Of a DNA stretch of 64,000 nt, positions 35,669-53,083 are shown piece after piece. Within the stretch, counting starts at the first letter, position 1. Each line of letters begins with the position of its first letter. A model generated the notes under the pieces. The model was not told the DNA's origin. It saw only the letters and a program-made list of their open reading frames with translations, and made no database searches. This stretch comes from Chrysomallon squamiferum. Its lineage: Eukaryota > Animalia > Mollusca. The stretch spans positions 25,482,001 through 25,546,000 of the forward strand of contig CM022679.1 of assembly GCA_012295275.1 (NCBI GenBank). The letters run 5' to 3'. A program made the translations under genes and the position numbers.

Positions 35669-37948
35669 TCAGTAAACACTATCCAGGCGTGGATCGAAAA
35701 ATTTAACAAAGAGAAAGGAGATATAATATACCAGATGGATTTACATTTATTATGCAGAAAATAAAACCGTGTTAGAAAAACAGATATATGTCTCAGTATA
35801 CAAATATAATTTTCATTCCATTGCCAGTTGCTTGTCAATAAATGCCAAGAAAATAATGAGTTGGAGGATTCTTTAAAAATGAGACCTGAAGAGAGACATT
35901 GGTTTTGTTGTGAAACGTACAAAGAATATTAACAAATAAACAAGAATTAATTTTTATCTCCACATGACAAAAGAAATAATAATAACAACAATAACAACAA
36001 CAACAATAAGAATAATAATTTCATGAATAAATTTACAACAAAACACTTTTATTCAGTTTGTATTTATTGTGTATAGGTATCTATACACATGTATGTATGT
36101 ATACAATAGAAGTATGTATGGTATGTATATGTAATTATTGTGTATATGCATCTATATACATGTATGTATGTATATATAGAAGTATGTATGGTATGTATAT
36201 GTATTTATTGTGCATATATACATATATGTATATGTATATGTGATTATGTATGTACGAGTGAATTCTAGAGTGTCTAAATGGATAACTGAGTTCAAATAAT
36301 TAGCTATTATTAATAAAAATGTATTTCCATGACAATGATCTTACGCTAAATAAAGTGCTGTGAAATCTCTTGTGTGTAAATATTGAAAATTATTTTCTCA
36401 ACATGTTACTAACGTTGGGACCATCTACGTATAGCAGTAAAATGAACAGTAAGAAAGAAAAGGGAAAGAAAAATCAGGTACCTCCACGATTTCTCGGAAA
36501 TATTTAAAGAAGTCTTGAGATATAGAGTGCGCGTAAATTTATAAGTAAATCATACGAGTTTGTAAATAAACTTATTTAAAAAAATAAAAGAATCAAAGAA
36601 AATTGAGAAGAAGTGAAAAAAGAACAACAACCAAAACAACGACGACGATGACGACAATAAACATACTACAACAGCTACAACACTAAATTAACAATATCAA
36701 TATTTATAACTATAACTCGGATTTATTACATTTATTTCTTACATCACAATTCTTACAAACAACATCAATCTTGAACTTAACAGTTGTTGGCAAGAGTAAC
36801 CAAATTTCTTCCGTTATCACGCTAACTTACCTGCGCGTTATTATTACCCAAAAATTTCACTTATTATAAAGTGAACGCCTTTTTCCGTGTTTAGTTACTG
36901 CTACACCAGCGATGTCGACGACATGACGCGCGTATTAACTGAAGGTTTTTCTCAGCAGCTACGTCATGTGATAAATACAGAAGATTTTCGTTTTTTTTTT
37001 GTTTTTAATTCTTAGCTGCTTCAGACAGCTTATTAAAGGCGTGAGCAGGCAGACACTTTACGTGGTTAACGAGTTTTTAATATGAACGAGAGGACTTCTG
37101 TGTCGTTCAACAAAACGAAACAAGGGGTAAGTGCAACTCTTTAGTGAATTTTCGTAATTTGCGGTCTAATAGTAAACAAAAATGATCTGTAAAAATTAAG
37201 AAACAAAAAGAAATAACCCAGACAATTTGCAATTTTTTATCAGAAATCTATTTCGTATGTTTGATGTGAATCTGAGGTGGCGATTATACTGTCTCTGTTC
37301 ACCATGTAAAAATTAAGAGAGATACAAAATAGAAAAAAATAAATAGACAGACAGACAGATAGATAAATCAACCAAATCTGTTTAATTCACATACATTAAC
37401 TTATCCATAAACCTTCTTGATGAAAATTATCACGGTGGCTACTGCGCATGCCCGAAAGTGTAAGAAATCAGAGCGGATCGGCCATATCCGGTACTCATCT
37501 TGAGCTTTCCCCCCGTTCCAGACAGTGCTCACAAGTCGTTTTTGTTCCAAACAAAAAGAGTAATAAATAAACTTCTCTCAACAGGTTTACAACTCTGTTA
37601 TTATTGTCATTATTATCATCAAAATACCGTCAGTTATGGCTACTCCTAAATTTGTTGACCATTATGTATAAAGGTATCCGTTAGGCAAAAACATTCAGTT
37701 ATCAAAGCGGCAATCTGTTACATCGCGAGCTGACTGGCTTGAGTCACAACACAGCTGAGACCACTAGAAAACTTTACTCCGTTTGATTCGCGAGCGCTTT
37801 CTAAACTTTTACCGTATTTGGTATTTCAACTTTATGGATGTTTGTAGATGTATTAGATTGCTAGTTATCGTTGTTTGATATTCACGAAATACAACTTTTA
37901 TGTAAGTAATAATTTTATTGAGAGCAAGTGAACGAGAGAGAGAGAGTT

Positions 37949-38040
<92 letters not shown>

Positions 38041-38727
38041 AGAAACAGAGAGAGGGAAGAGACAGAGAAAGAAAGAGTGGAGAAAACGAGAGAGAGAGAG
38101 ATAGAGAGAAGACGGAAAAGAGATAAAGATTAACATCAAAGAGAATATATTTAATGCGACTGAATTGAAAAAGTCTTCATTTACATGATTCATCTGTTAA
38201 CGAGGTGTTTTCAGATATACGTACCTAAAGACAGGAATAAAACATATATTGTGAGATTCGATTATCATTCTTCTGATTCTAGGTGAAATAGTATTTTATT
38301 TATTTATTTATTTATTTGTGTTTGTTTCTTTTATTGGCTGGTTAGTTTATTTTCATTGTTTTTGTTTGATATTTTTCTTTCCATCTTTCTTTCTTACTTT
38401 CTTTACTATTATTATTATTTTATTTATTTATTTGTATGTTTGTTTCTTTTGTTGGTTGGTTAGTTTTTTTTCATCGATTTTGTTTCATTTCTTTTTATAT
38501 ATTTCTTCTTTCTCTCTCTCTCTCTTTCTTTCTTTATTAATTATTATTTATTTAGTTAGTTTTATTTATTTATTTAGTTAGTTAGTTTTATTTAGTTAGT
38601 TACTTAGTTTTATGTATTTAAATATTTAGTTAGTTTGTTATGTTTTATTTATTTATTTAGTTAGTTTTATTTATTTAGTTACTTAGTTTTATGTATTTAA
38701 ATATTTAGTTAGTTAGTTTGTTATGTT

Positions 38728-38770
<43 letters not shown>

Positions 38771-38869
38771 TTATTTTATTTATTTATTTATTTATTTGTT
38801 TATTTATTTGTTTGTTTGTTTGTTTATTTATTTAAGATCTTCAGCTACCTGGGTGTTTGTGATTCGAAG

Positions 38870-41443
38870 ATGAGGATTCGTAGTATGAGGTTTGTTGAAC
38901 TGGTTGTCATGGTAGCTCTGTTGTGGGCTGTTTGTTGGTTTTTCGTTTGGTGGGTGAAGACTCCTAGTGTCCGTTCCAGTCCGTCATCAAGTCCGATCCC
39001 TGCCGAGCCTCGAGTTGGATTACTTCACGAGAAACAAGCAAACAGAACCAAAAGAAAGGTTCCAGTGTACATTGTAGAAGAGCATCACGAAGGTTATTTT
39101 TCATTCTTATTTGCTTCATCTTCAGCAGAAATTAAAACACAGCAAGATTGTGTTACACATATACATGTACAGTCAGATACAAACATACAAACACACACAC
39201 ACACCTATATATATATATATACATGTACAGTAATACACACATACAAACATATACACACATACATATACACGTACAGTCACATACACATACAAACGCATAC
39301 ACAAATTATACACGTAATCATATATACACATACAAACACACACACACATACACGTGATCATATATACACATACAAACACACATACATATGCTCGTACGGT
39401 CACATGCACACATACATATACACGTAAGTCACATATTACACATACAAACGCGCACATAGGCAGATTCAGTTACACACACACACGTATGCATATTCAGTCA
39501 CATACACACATACATATATACCCGGGGTTGCTTTGATAGACACACATACATATATACCCGGGGTTGCTATGATGGACACGCATACATATATACCCGGGGT
39601 TGCTTTGATGGACACACATACATATATACCCGGAGTTGCTTTGATGGACACACATACATATATATACACAGGGATGCTTTGATGGACACACATACATATA
39701 TATACCCGGGGTTGCTTTGATGGACACACATACATATATACCCGGGGTTGCTTTGATGGACACACATACATATATACCCGGGGTTGCTTTGATGGACACA
39801 CATACATATATACCCAGGGTTGCTTTGATGGCCGACCGGTAACGTCGTCCATCTTCGGGGTGTGGGCGTATGTTTGCCATACGTTCGAGCCTCGTCAGCG
39901 GCATCTGTCAGGGTGTGTGGGGCTGTAATTCGATTTTGGCATCCTGCGCCAGGGCGTTCCCGAATATATTGAGACGTATGTAAGACAGAGGATTTACTGT
40001 AATAAATGAGACATACGGAGCAGTTAATTATCTTTGTCCTTTGAATTGGGTTTTTTTCTCACCACCTCCCTGTATCGCAATTTAACACCAGCTCCTTGTT
40101 GAGAGCAAAAAGGCGACGTTACAGCGCGCGTGACGCAGCAGAATTTCGAACAACAACGGTAGCTACAACAGCTGCTACAACAACAATAACGAGCTTTTCT
40201 TCAGACGTGTTTATGCTGCTCCCATTTCACTGCCATGTGTCGTATAATCATTCGACACTGATCACATCCAGTGTAACAGCTACGAAAGTAAATGTAGATG
40301 ATTAAATACTGATATTTTGTTTACACTTAACTGGGCCAATCCCTATTTTAATCAATTCAAGGCCAGATCCAGGATGAATGGCCTTAACTATACTGAGGCA
40401 AATATGGATTTTTCTTTTTTTTTTTTTTTTTTTTTTTTTTTGGTTTTTAATGTTGTATTTAAAAAAATATAAAATATATATTTCTATTCCGTTAGAAACG
40501 ATATCCGCTGAATGAATTAGTTTATGTCAACTTACCGGGTTTTTTTTTTTTTTTTTTGGTGGGTGGGTTTTCCCTCTCCGCCCGGCGATTAAGTGATTTT
40601 TTTACCTTATTTCCAAAAGAGTCGAGTTAATGACCGCTTCACACGCACTTTTTTAAACCCCGCTAAAGATATTTATTTATTTATTTATTTATTTATTTTC
40701 AGCACTTATTTCAAAGTTTTTATTCTTATAAGCATGAAGTAGACTTTTTTCTTTCTTTTTCTTAAATCTTTTGTTTCTGTATATTTATTCTGATACCTTT
40801 CTGTAGAAAAAAATAAGTTAAATATAACTTCTTTTTTAAATTATTTATTTATTTATATTTTTTTTACTTTTATTGATCAAAATGTTCCACATCTCCGTCC
40901 ATTTCCACAATATTAAAACTATATTATTTACATTTTTTTTCTTTATAGATGAAAATTTTCCAGAACTTCGTCCATCTACAATTATTTCTTTTTCACTTTT
41001 AGGGGTTTTGTGTTGTTTTTTTTTTTTTTTCCGACAGCAAGCTCTATAAATCAGCATTACACGTTACTTAAGATTAAATTAACTTCAGTGTATTTAATAC
41101 GCCAAACTGTTTTGATTATTTCAGTGATAAAATACTGGTATGGAGCAGCAAAGCAAGGTTATCTTCCGAAGAAAGGAAACGTGCTGGTCAGTTTTAACAT
41201 TAATTAAAACCGATTAACAACCACACAGACACGTATACAAACATACTTAATAACATTTGCTACCTTTACGTAGTTTCACTGCTCATAATATACTACTAGC
41301 ATAAAAGCAACAAGAACAACTGCCACGATTACGACTAATACAGCTGCTACTATTACAACGACAACGACCATGACTGTTGTGAGAAACTACAATTATTTTT
41401 ACGACTATTATTATAACAACAACTAGTATTACGACATTTACTG

Positions 41444-41503
<60 letters not shown>

Positions 41504-41620
41504 TCATCACTATTATCTCCAAACAATTATTGTTATTGTTGTTGGTGGTGGTGTTGTTGCTGTTGGAGATGTTTTTAATAATAATAACAATATTATTATT
41601 ATTATTACTATTACTATTAC

Positions 41621-41662
<42 letters not shown>

Positions 41663-42094
41663 ATTTCAGCTGCACATTGATGGACATTCTGATGGTGCTA
41701 CTCCGCCAAACTGGAAGTTAGGACCTCTCTTTCGATATCCGTCCAGCAGCCGCGATCTTAACAACATGATGCAGGAGAATGACGTCTTTATTATAGTAAG
41801 AATGTTTTATAATAATAATAATAATAATAACAATAATAATCATAATAATAATAATAATAATAATACACTCTATTGTAATGATGTCATGTAACTATAGTTT
41901 TCTTAATTATTATGATTTCGTTTTATTTTTAATTTATTTTATTTTTGTTTTTTTTAATTATTATTATTTTTTTGAACTGAGTGAAGAGTTGTAATGATGT
42001 CATGCGAAAGCATTATGACATGTTGTTACTGTAGCATTAACTGTTGTCAAGCGTTACCTTTATCCCCTTCAAAAATAAATATATAAATAAATAA

Positions 42095-42130
<36 letters not shown>

Positions 42131-43517
42131 AAGATTAAAGGAAAAAGAAAAGAAGTTGCTGCTAACTGATACAGCAATAATAGCTAATTTCCTCTCTCAA
42201 ATAATTATTATAATATAGGTAACATACTTTAACATCAACTTATACCTTAATATTTAACTTTCATCCTTCCATCTATCTGTCCATCCTTGCACCCATCCTT
42301 CTATCCATTCATCTATCCATCCGTCCATTCACCCATTTATACATCTGTTATACTTTATTATTAGTCTTCAGCACTGACTGGTTTCATCAGCCGATACATT
42401 TGGGTGTGGCCCGCCTGGAACACGGAGGGCTCCGAAGGACAGCATCATAAAAAGTACGCTTCGATGAACATTCGTTACGGGTCGATGCACGTCGAAGACA
42501 CCAGGACTGGACGAAACGTCGTCGAGCTCTGCATCTGTGCTTCGTCTAAAGAATTCGGCTTCGAAAACCACTGCATGAGAACCAAGTCTTCAGACGGTGA
42601 AAATCCCGAGGGCGCACCAATTGAAGAAGCTCAGTGTAACTTCAAGATGACGGGTTTGATCGAAACTGTCAGTGAAATGGAGGCAATCTCCCGTATTAAA
42701 TCTGGCACGTGGATAACAGCAGACGACAACGTTCTGTTAGATATAGACGAAGACTTTTACGGGGTCGAGCCGGTGGTAGAACAGCTGTATAAAACCGGTG
42801 TTGACCAGGAAAAAACAGATTTGATTTCTGACTGGGTTAAGAAACTGGTCTGTATCCCAAACGCGCGTGTGGAAAAACAGGCCGATTCGTTTTACAATTA
42901 TCTCATTCAGACTATCGTTAATTTTAAGATCTTCTGCTCAGTCAGCGCAAAGGCTAAGAAGAGCATCTGCAGCACTGCTCACAGGATGACGTCGACGCTG
43001 ATGAAGCTGCGAGGTCATTTCATGAATAATCTTAAAGAGAGAAATCTGAAGCGGTATCTTTGTGATCGTACCGAAAGCGAAGAAGCGTTGAAGGAACTGA
43101 TTTTGGAGTTCTCACGAATGAGCATAAAGCAGCTGAAAGCTTTCGCAGAGGTGGGAATTTGTCTAAACGAAAGCCCCAAATCCACGGCTTTCAGATACGT
43201 AAACAACATGCGGGTGTGTTACGGGTACAACACCCCAAACCAGACCTCGGTGATGTTCTATGTTCCGTCCATGTTAGAAATAGAACAGAGAACAGACAAT
43301 CTCAAAGACATACTGAAACAGAAACAGTTTGTTCCTAATGCCGTCACAGATGTGTCGATCATCGCGGGATGGTTATACGCCGAAAAAATATTTACGGAAA
43401 ATTGAGACAGATATCATAGACGTACTTAGAGAAGCATTTCCCGACATTTTAGAAGATTCTTTCTATTACGATGAAGACTTGTTAGGAGGGCCTTTTGGCT
43501 GGTACAAGAGACATTAA
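38870..43517 (+). pseudogene. UPF0489/C5orf22-like membrane-anchored protein, copy D; +1 frameshift near the C-terminus
   Basis: Exons 38870-39092, 41125-41186, 41670-41795 and 42365-43517. Sequence GCC GTC ACA G ATG TGT CGA TCA TCG CGG GAT GGT has one extra base at ~43348-43349. It puts the conserved CRSxRDGYTP...LLGGPFGWYKRH* tail (ORF 43329-43517) out of frame, with an early stop at 43405. Repaired length is 520 aa. Confidence 0.8.
39503..39831. repeat. 36-38 bp minisatellite, 9 copies, in intron 1 of copy D
   Basis: Unit ACACACATACATATATACCCGGGGTTGCTTTGATGG; copies are highly similar. Confidence 0.9.
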
Positions 43518-43656
43518 AATTGTTGTTTATTTGTTCGTTTTTTTTGTTTGTTTTGTTTTTGTTTTCTTTTTAATTGTATGTTTTTATTTTTTATTTTTTA
43601 TTTTTTGTGAGTGGTTTTGTGTGTGTGTGTTTGTTTGTTTGTTTGTTTGTTGTTGT

Positions 43657-43694
<38 letters not shown>

Positions 43695-44278
43695 TAATGA
43701 CACCATGTTCTAATATAAATATATTATAAAATTATTTCTGAAAACTTTGTTGGTTGTTGTTATTGTTACTGTTATTGAGGTATTTAAGTTGGCTTACTTA
43801 GAGATTTACGACTGTGTTTTCCAGCAAAACATTTAATAAAATTAATAATTAAATAATAGGAAGATATAACTGACCAACAGCATAAATTAAAAATAATAAA
43901 CATTCGCCATAATAACAACAGTGTTCTTTTGCGGTGGTTTGTTTTTGTGTTGTTTTTTTTATTTTGTTTGTTTGTTTGTTTGTTTGTTTGTTGTTGTTGT
44001 ATATGTGTTTATTTGTGTAGTAGTAATGTAGCAGTAAAGATAGTAGTAGTAGTAATAGTGATAGTGTATTCTAGCAGAAGAATCAGTTTTGGCAGCAACA
44101 CTAGTTGCACTAGCTGTAACAGTATTTGTAGTAGTAATATAGTAGTAGCTGCAATGGTAATAGTAGAAGCAGTAGTAGTTGCAGTAGCTGTAATACTAAT
44201 ATAGTAGTAGTTATAGCTGCAGTGGTAATAGCAATAACAGTAATAGTATAAATAACGATTATAGTGGGTGTAGTAGTA

Positions 44279-44331
<53 letters not shown>

Positions 44332-44453
44332 TAATAATATACATCTCCCGTTAGTTTATTTAAATTTTGAAATAAAATCCTGTTCCGTAGTAGTTGTTTT
44401 GTAAGCACACGAAACCAGTCTACATTGATGCTCTGACAGCGAAGGGAGGAAAC

Positions 44454-44466
44454 TTGACGTAACAAA

Positions 44467-44472
<6 letters not shown>
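44454..44472 (+). promoter_or_regulatory. CRE/ATF-like site and YY1-type motif at the NDUFAB1 start
   Basis: TTGACGTAAC is immediately followed by AAAATGGCG overlapping the ATG. This arrangement is typical of TATA-less housekeeping genes (motif match only). Confidence 0.4.
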
Positions 44473-47243
<2,771 letters not shown>

Positions 47244-48497
47244 ATTATTAGGTAACTTTTGGTTTTGAAAAAGATTTAACATTAATAACATGTGCATGTG
47301 TTTTCTATGAAACCATACTATATTAGTTCATTTATTAAAAAAACAAATCATTTACATTATTTACCAGTATTTGTAACAAGTGGTTCTTAACGGCTGTTGA
47401 CAAATGCTTGTTTTGTCGTTTAATTTACATATGTATGTGAGTGTGGGCACACATTCGCATCTGTGTTAGTTATAGTTATTACTATTAGCTAAAGAAAAAC
47501 ATCACTATAGTTTTTAAAAACTGTATATTCACTGATTAAATACACATGTAGTACACATTGGAGAGTTAGCTGGTAAACACCATTTCAATTCTGAGTTTAG
47601 AAAATAATGACTAGAAAAATGACTGTGTATCAAAAATGGAGCTTGCAACATGTTTCGTGAAAGTTTCACTGTTGACCTGATTACTAGAAACCAAACTTGT
47701 AAATTTAAGAATTATTTTAGCCGAGAATTTCAGACAGTATGATGATAAAAACAAATTAACAAGTTTAACTTCATGGCAAATGATTAATCTGAAGGAGTCA
47801 GATAATTTGAACAAGGATTAACTGTGATGTTAGTTTCTATACCACAAATGGATGACATTGTCATTGGAAAAAGCAAACATTTTAAAAACACTGAGTGTTT
47901 ACTTCTTACTGAATTTCAATCATAAAACAGTGGTCAAAATGTACTGTTGTAAATATCTTACAAGGGAGATAATTAGAATAGGTTATGACACTTCAATGGT
48001 CTTAAAGTTAAAGACAATATTTTAAATCGGTGCTTGGCAACCTTTCTTTTTTGTTTGCTTTGGCCCCTTTCAAACATTTTAAAATTGGAATGGCCACCAA
48101 AGTCACAATTATCCTGGAATTAAGATATCTAACTTAAAATTATATTTACTAAAGTTTAAATAAAAGGTTAATTAATTACTCATTGAAGTTTTAACTAGAC
48201 TAATTATAAACAAAGATATTTAAAAACCCCCAGAATACTACCAGTTCTTCCTACCTAACCATACCCAAAACACACACACACTGTTCTAAATATACACAAA
48301 CACACACACACACACACACATTTAAGTTCCACAATGATCTAATTAAGCCAGTTCACATACATGCTTACCATTCTTACTTTATATATTATGTTATCTTGCA
48401 CCCAGTTATTTCTGACAAAAACCTTTTTTAATTTATTTTTTCTTCAAAATTTTACTGTTTCATTTTTTTTAATCTTATTTATGTTTTTACTTTTCAG

Positions 48498-48695
48498 ATA
48501 AAACATTTGTTTACTGGACGTAAATGTAGATTTGTCACTTGTTTGGATACTGTTTTTTTTTGGATGGACACTACAGAAGATTTTCTGCTTCGAGTGGCCG
48601 ACTTAACAGTGCTGGGACTCTAGACCTGTGTGTCTGTGTATGAACACTGTACTCAAATCATGATCTAATAAATCTTTGTATAATAAAAGTAATAC
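48498..48695 (+). other. NDUFAB1: Probable non-coding terminal exon (3' UTR) of NDUFAB1 with polyadenylation signals
   Basis: Donor AG|GTAACT lies 8 nt after the stop (47251/47252). A pyrimidine-rich acceptor ttttacttttcag ends at 48497. AATAAA occurs at 48667 and 48682. Confidence 0.6.
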
Positions 48696-50825
48696 CTGTT
48701 GCATCAGTTTACTTGGCAGAGGTTGGAGTGTGTAACAGATCACATGTTGTTGTTTTTTTTTTTTTTTATAAGGAGATATTTGGTCAGTTTTTTATTTTAT
48801 TTTTTATTTTTTTATTATTATTTTCCTTTTTCTCTTTCTAATAATTTCTTTACTTTTTTTTGGTGGGTGGGGGTTGGTAAAAAGAGTGAAAAATGATGTT
48901 TATTAAATATTAGTTTTTATTATTATTTTTTTATTTTGTTTAAGAGATATCTTGGAAAAGTTCTCCACTTTTTTAATGATGATGCTCAAGATTGAGAATG
49001 CACAGAATTGTTAAAGGAATTACTGAGAGCTCAGTATGACCCACACTTTAAAAGGCTTTTCAATTATAATTTATATAAAACCACTGGGTTTTATTCTACA
49101 CAGAATTAATTCTAAAAAATTAAAAGTTTTTCAATCATTTAAACATGTCTGCAGACTTTGATTACCCTAAAAATTAAGTTTTTTGGGCATAGTGGATGAT
49201 TTATGCTTGGGTTGTCAACTATTTAATCATTTTTATCTCACAAATTCACTGATAACTAAACAGAAATTAGTGATTAATGTCTTAAATTGTATAACTAATA
49301 GCAACAGAATAAATAATAACTTTCTGATATTAAATCTCGATAATAAAAAAAAATTGTGGTTTGATTTCAAAATAAATTAATTTACTAGGTGGGTTTTTTC
49401 AACAACAGTGTAATATACTTCATCACGAATAACCTGTCAACCATTTGTCAAAATTCAATTCACAGTTTTTTAAGTTTTTAAAACTAATTTTTTATAAATT
49501 TTAAAAGCTATGGGTGATAATGTTTAAATTTTCTATTCATTCATGCTGAATGTATACTACAATTATTCTAAATCAACTTGCTACACAGGTATGTTCCTCA
49601 ATATTCCTGACTATAGAATGACACTCAGTAGTCGAAAAGTCATGAAACAAACACCAGCAGATAAACGACGGTAAAATTGGTAACAAATGAAAATGGAAAA
49701 TGTATTTGATCATGAAATTGTGAAAATACCCAACACATACTGTAGCTTCTAGAACTAGTGTCAGTTTAATGGCTTGATGCAGAATGTGGCAGAGTATCAT
49801 AGCATCTTAGGGTTGTTGTTATTTTTTTAAGGTTTAAGCAGAATATTACTACAGCATGTTTTCAACGTGAAATTAACACATTAAAGACTATGACTGGACC
49901 TTTTAGAAAGCATTAGTTAAATAAATTCGATAGAAAAATAAATATATTTTAGATCATTTTTCATTAGATTTTATGTCCATATCAAATTTTGCATTGGGTC
50001 TATGTATATTTCATTGGAACACAGGTAGAATGTATGTTTTCCTAACGTTGGAAAGGTGCATATAAAAATAACTTACTAATTACGAATAAGAGTAACAAAT
50101 GGCAGAAGCAGTTTTTCTTTCTCTTACTGAAATAAAAGTAAATTCCAAAACATAACATTAAATATTTTAATACAATTAGATGCTACATATTAAGCACTAA
50201 ATATACATGTATTTTCGGGTACGCACGAACACGCATATATATACACAAGAGCGTGGATACAACTGCATATGCTTTTACCAGTGAAGCTGGCTTTAAGCTG
50301 AATATTTCACAACAGCGAATTTTCTAATTTGGGCCAGTAAATAAAATTGAAAAAAGCAGGCCCTACTGACAATTAGTGTGGGTTTTTTTGGGGAGGGGGG
50401 AATGAATGACGATTCATATTCCACATTCTGGTTCATCACAGGATATAATGTTTTCTATCCCGTTCTGGCTAAGTTGTACATGATCTACTTGTTTTTTTCT
50501 GATTCGTAAACTATCAACTATGAAAGACGGGAAAATAGACCTCAATGCTGTTGCAGATTCGTGCCTTCAGTGATCTGCTTATAATGACTACTCAATCCAA
50601 ACACATTCAACCACCATACATTAAACAAAGTGCTCGATGACAAATTTATGAAGAGATGGTACATGCGTGAAAATCGGTTTCAGTGTCACACGAATACTTG
50701 AGTTTTTGTCACCCTAAGTTTTGTTAAACACTTCCAGTTTGATTGCGATGAAACAGCTGTTGTATTTCGTTAACTAGCTCTACTTCTAGAATCAGTCGCA
50801 AAATCCTCCCAAACAACTGCAGGTA

Positions 50826-50860
<35 letters not shown>

Positions 50861-50993
50861 TCAGTTACATATCTTAAAATACGTTATTAACTAATTATGC
50901 AAAAATATCCGTGTCGTAAGCATCAGATATTACATTTTCATTTTTGATTCAAAATTAATACATATTTACATCCATATCTATAAATATAAATGT

Positions 50994-51056
<63 letters not shown>

Positions 51057-51793
51057 GTATCCTCATGGTATTGGTTTTGACGCAGATAAGAAACAATCTC
51101 GCGTTGTTCAGAAATAACGATGTTTTTCTTGTTATTATTGAAAGAAAGTTAACATAATATATGTACATCATTAAAACATAAACATTAAATTCAATATATA
51201 TTGCGAGTTTTTGTTTGTTTCTAGTTAGTATTTGTATACTGTAACATTCTTACCTTTTTAATGCGCTATGGGTTTTGACGCAGAACGTCTGAGTTGCCGT
51301 CGGTCATCATCCAAGAACAATAACTCCTTGTTTAATAGATTTCTGACTGTCAGCAGACGGCAATGTTTTGTGCAGTTTGTGAGTGAAGTTCACTGTGAAA
51401 CTTTGGAGATACGGGGTTGTTTATGTATGGCTAAAAAGTGCCTAGTGAAAAACAGTACTTTTAGGTATATGACACTGTTAATTGTTTAATCTTACCGCAA
51501 ACATGCGAATAGGAAGCATTGCATTACTTGGTAGGTTAAAAAAAAAAAATGTTTTGGTAAACACAATGTGACGTCATGGTTTTTTGTTTTCGTTTTTGGA
51601 TTATGCGCACTTGTTATTTAACGAAGGTGCGTCAAAACCCATTTTCAGACGATATATATCTGTTTGTGAGTCTATATTTATATACATATAATTTTTGTTT
51701 TTAGGCAGATGCACGCACAAATGGATTTACAAAACCATTAAAACAAAAGCAATTAAAAAAAAAAAACAAAAAAAAACCCCAAACAAGTCAGCT

Positions 51794-52320
51794 ATGATAT
51801 TTTTACTTGGAAGAGGATTATTTGTCCTTCTCTTTGTCTGGATGGTCAGTTTTTTTCTGATCTGGCAACAGATCAGCCAGGGACTGTATTCCAAATGTTT
51901 GGCCATTCCACACAGCAGCATTGACTTAAAGTCCAGGATATTTCTGGATCCGCCAAGAAAATCGTTTTCAAAGTTTCACACAATTCCAGTCCATATTGTT
52001 GAAGAACATCACGAAGGTAACATTATCATAAATAAAAGTAATACGGCAAACAGGATTAAGCTTTAATCTTGCTGAACCATGTCTTTTTAATATGGCCCCA
52101 CGAACTGTAATGAACGATTCTAGTCTTGTCAAGTAAAACTGCCTTGTAACAGAGAATGATATCCAAAAAGAATATGTTCCCCACTGAACTCAGTAACTAT
52201 TAAATCAGTGCTGGATAAACACATCTTGTGTGTTATTAGTCTTACATTTCTACTTTCATGAAGATATGAATGAGATGATAAAACTTGCTATGTTAAAATT
52301 TATAAAACGAAGAATCAGAT

Positions 52321-52418
<98 letters not shown>

Positions 52419-53013
52419 ATACGTATTCATTATTATAAAAAAAATATATTTCATTTTCCTTTAGTAGTCGTTCTCTCTGTTTATCTTTTAGCTGTCTATA
52501 AGCATCAGTCTTTCTAACTGTGTCTCTGTGTGCGCACATTACTCAGTGTTTTCGGCATTTTGTTGTATTTCAGTTATAAAGTATTGGTTTGCGGCTGTGG
52601 AAAAGAATTACATTGCAGCTAAATCCAACGTTCTGGTCAGTTACAGTTGTTATAAGATTTACATATACGTATAATTACATAAATATATTATACATTTATT
52701 ACGGGTATTATTTCAGTTTCATTTCTGTACATATATTACAATTCCTTGAACTAAACGTATTCATTATAGTTTGTTTGTCATTAACATATAAAATAATAAA
52801 CATAATTTTAAATATTAATGGCAAAGCTGAACTAATATATTATTCATATCAGTTCCTAAATAAAAGTTAATTAAATATATGATTTCTGTTTGGATTTCGA
52901 TTAATTTCGAATCCAGTTGATCTCATATTGGTAGATTCAATTATTTCATAATTCGTCACTAGATAATGAAGATCAAATAGTTTCTTTTATAATTAATTTG
53001 ATTCATTTGCAGA

Positions 53014-53083
<70 letters not shown>

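Noticed and set aside
39503-39831. Regularly spaced ~36-bp repeat with a near-palindromic core, superficially CRISPR-like
   Set aside because: There are no unique spacers and no cas genes, and it lies in a eukaryotic intron. It is a minisatellite.
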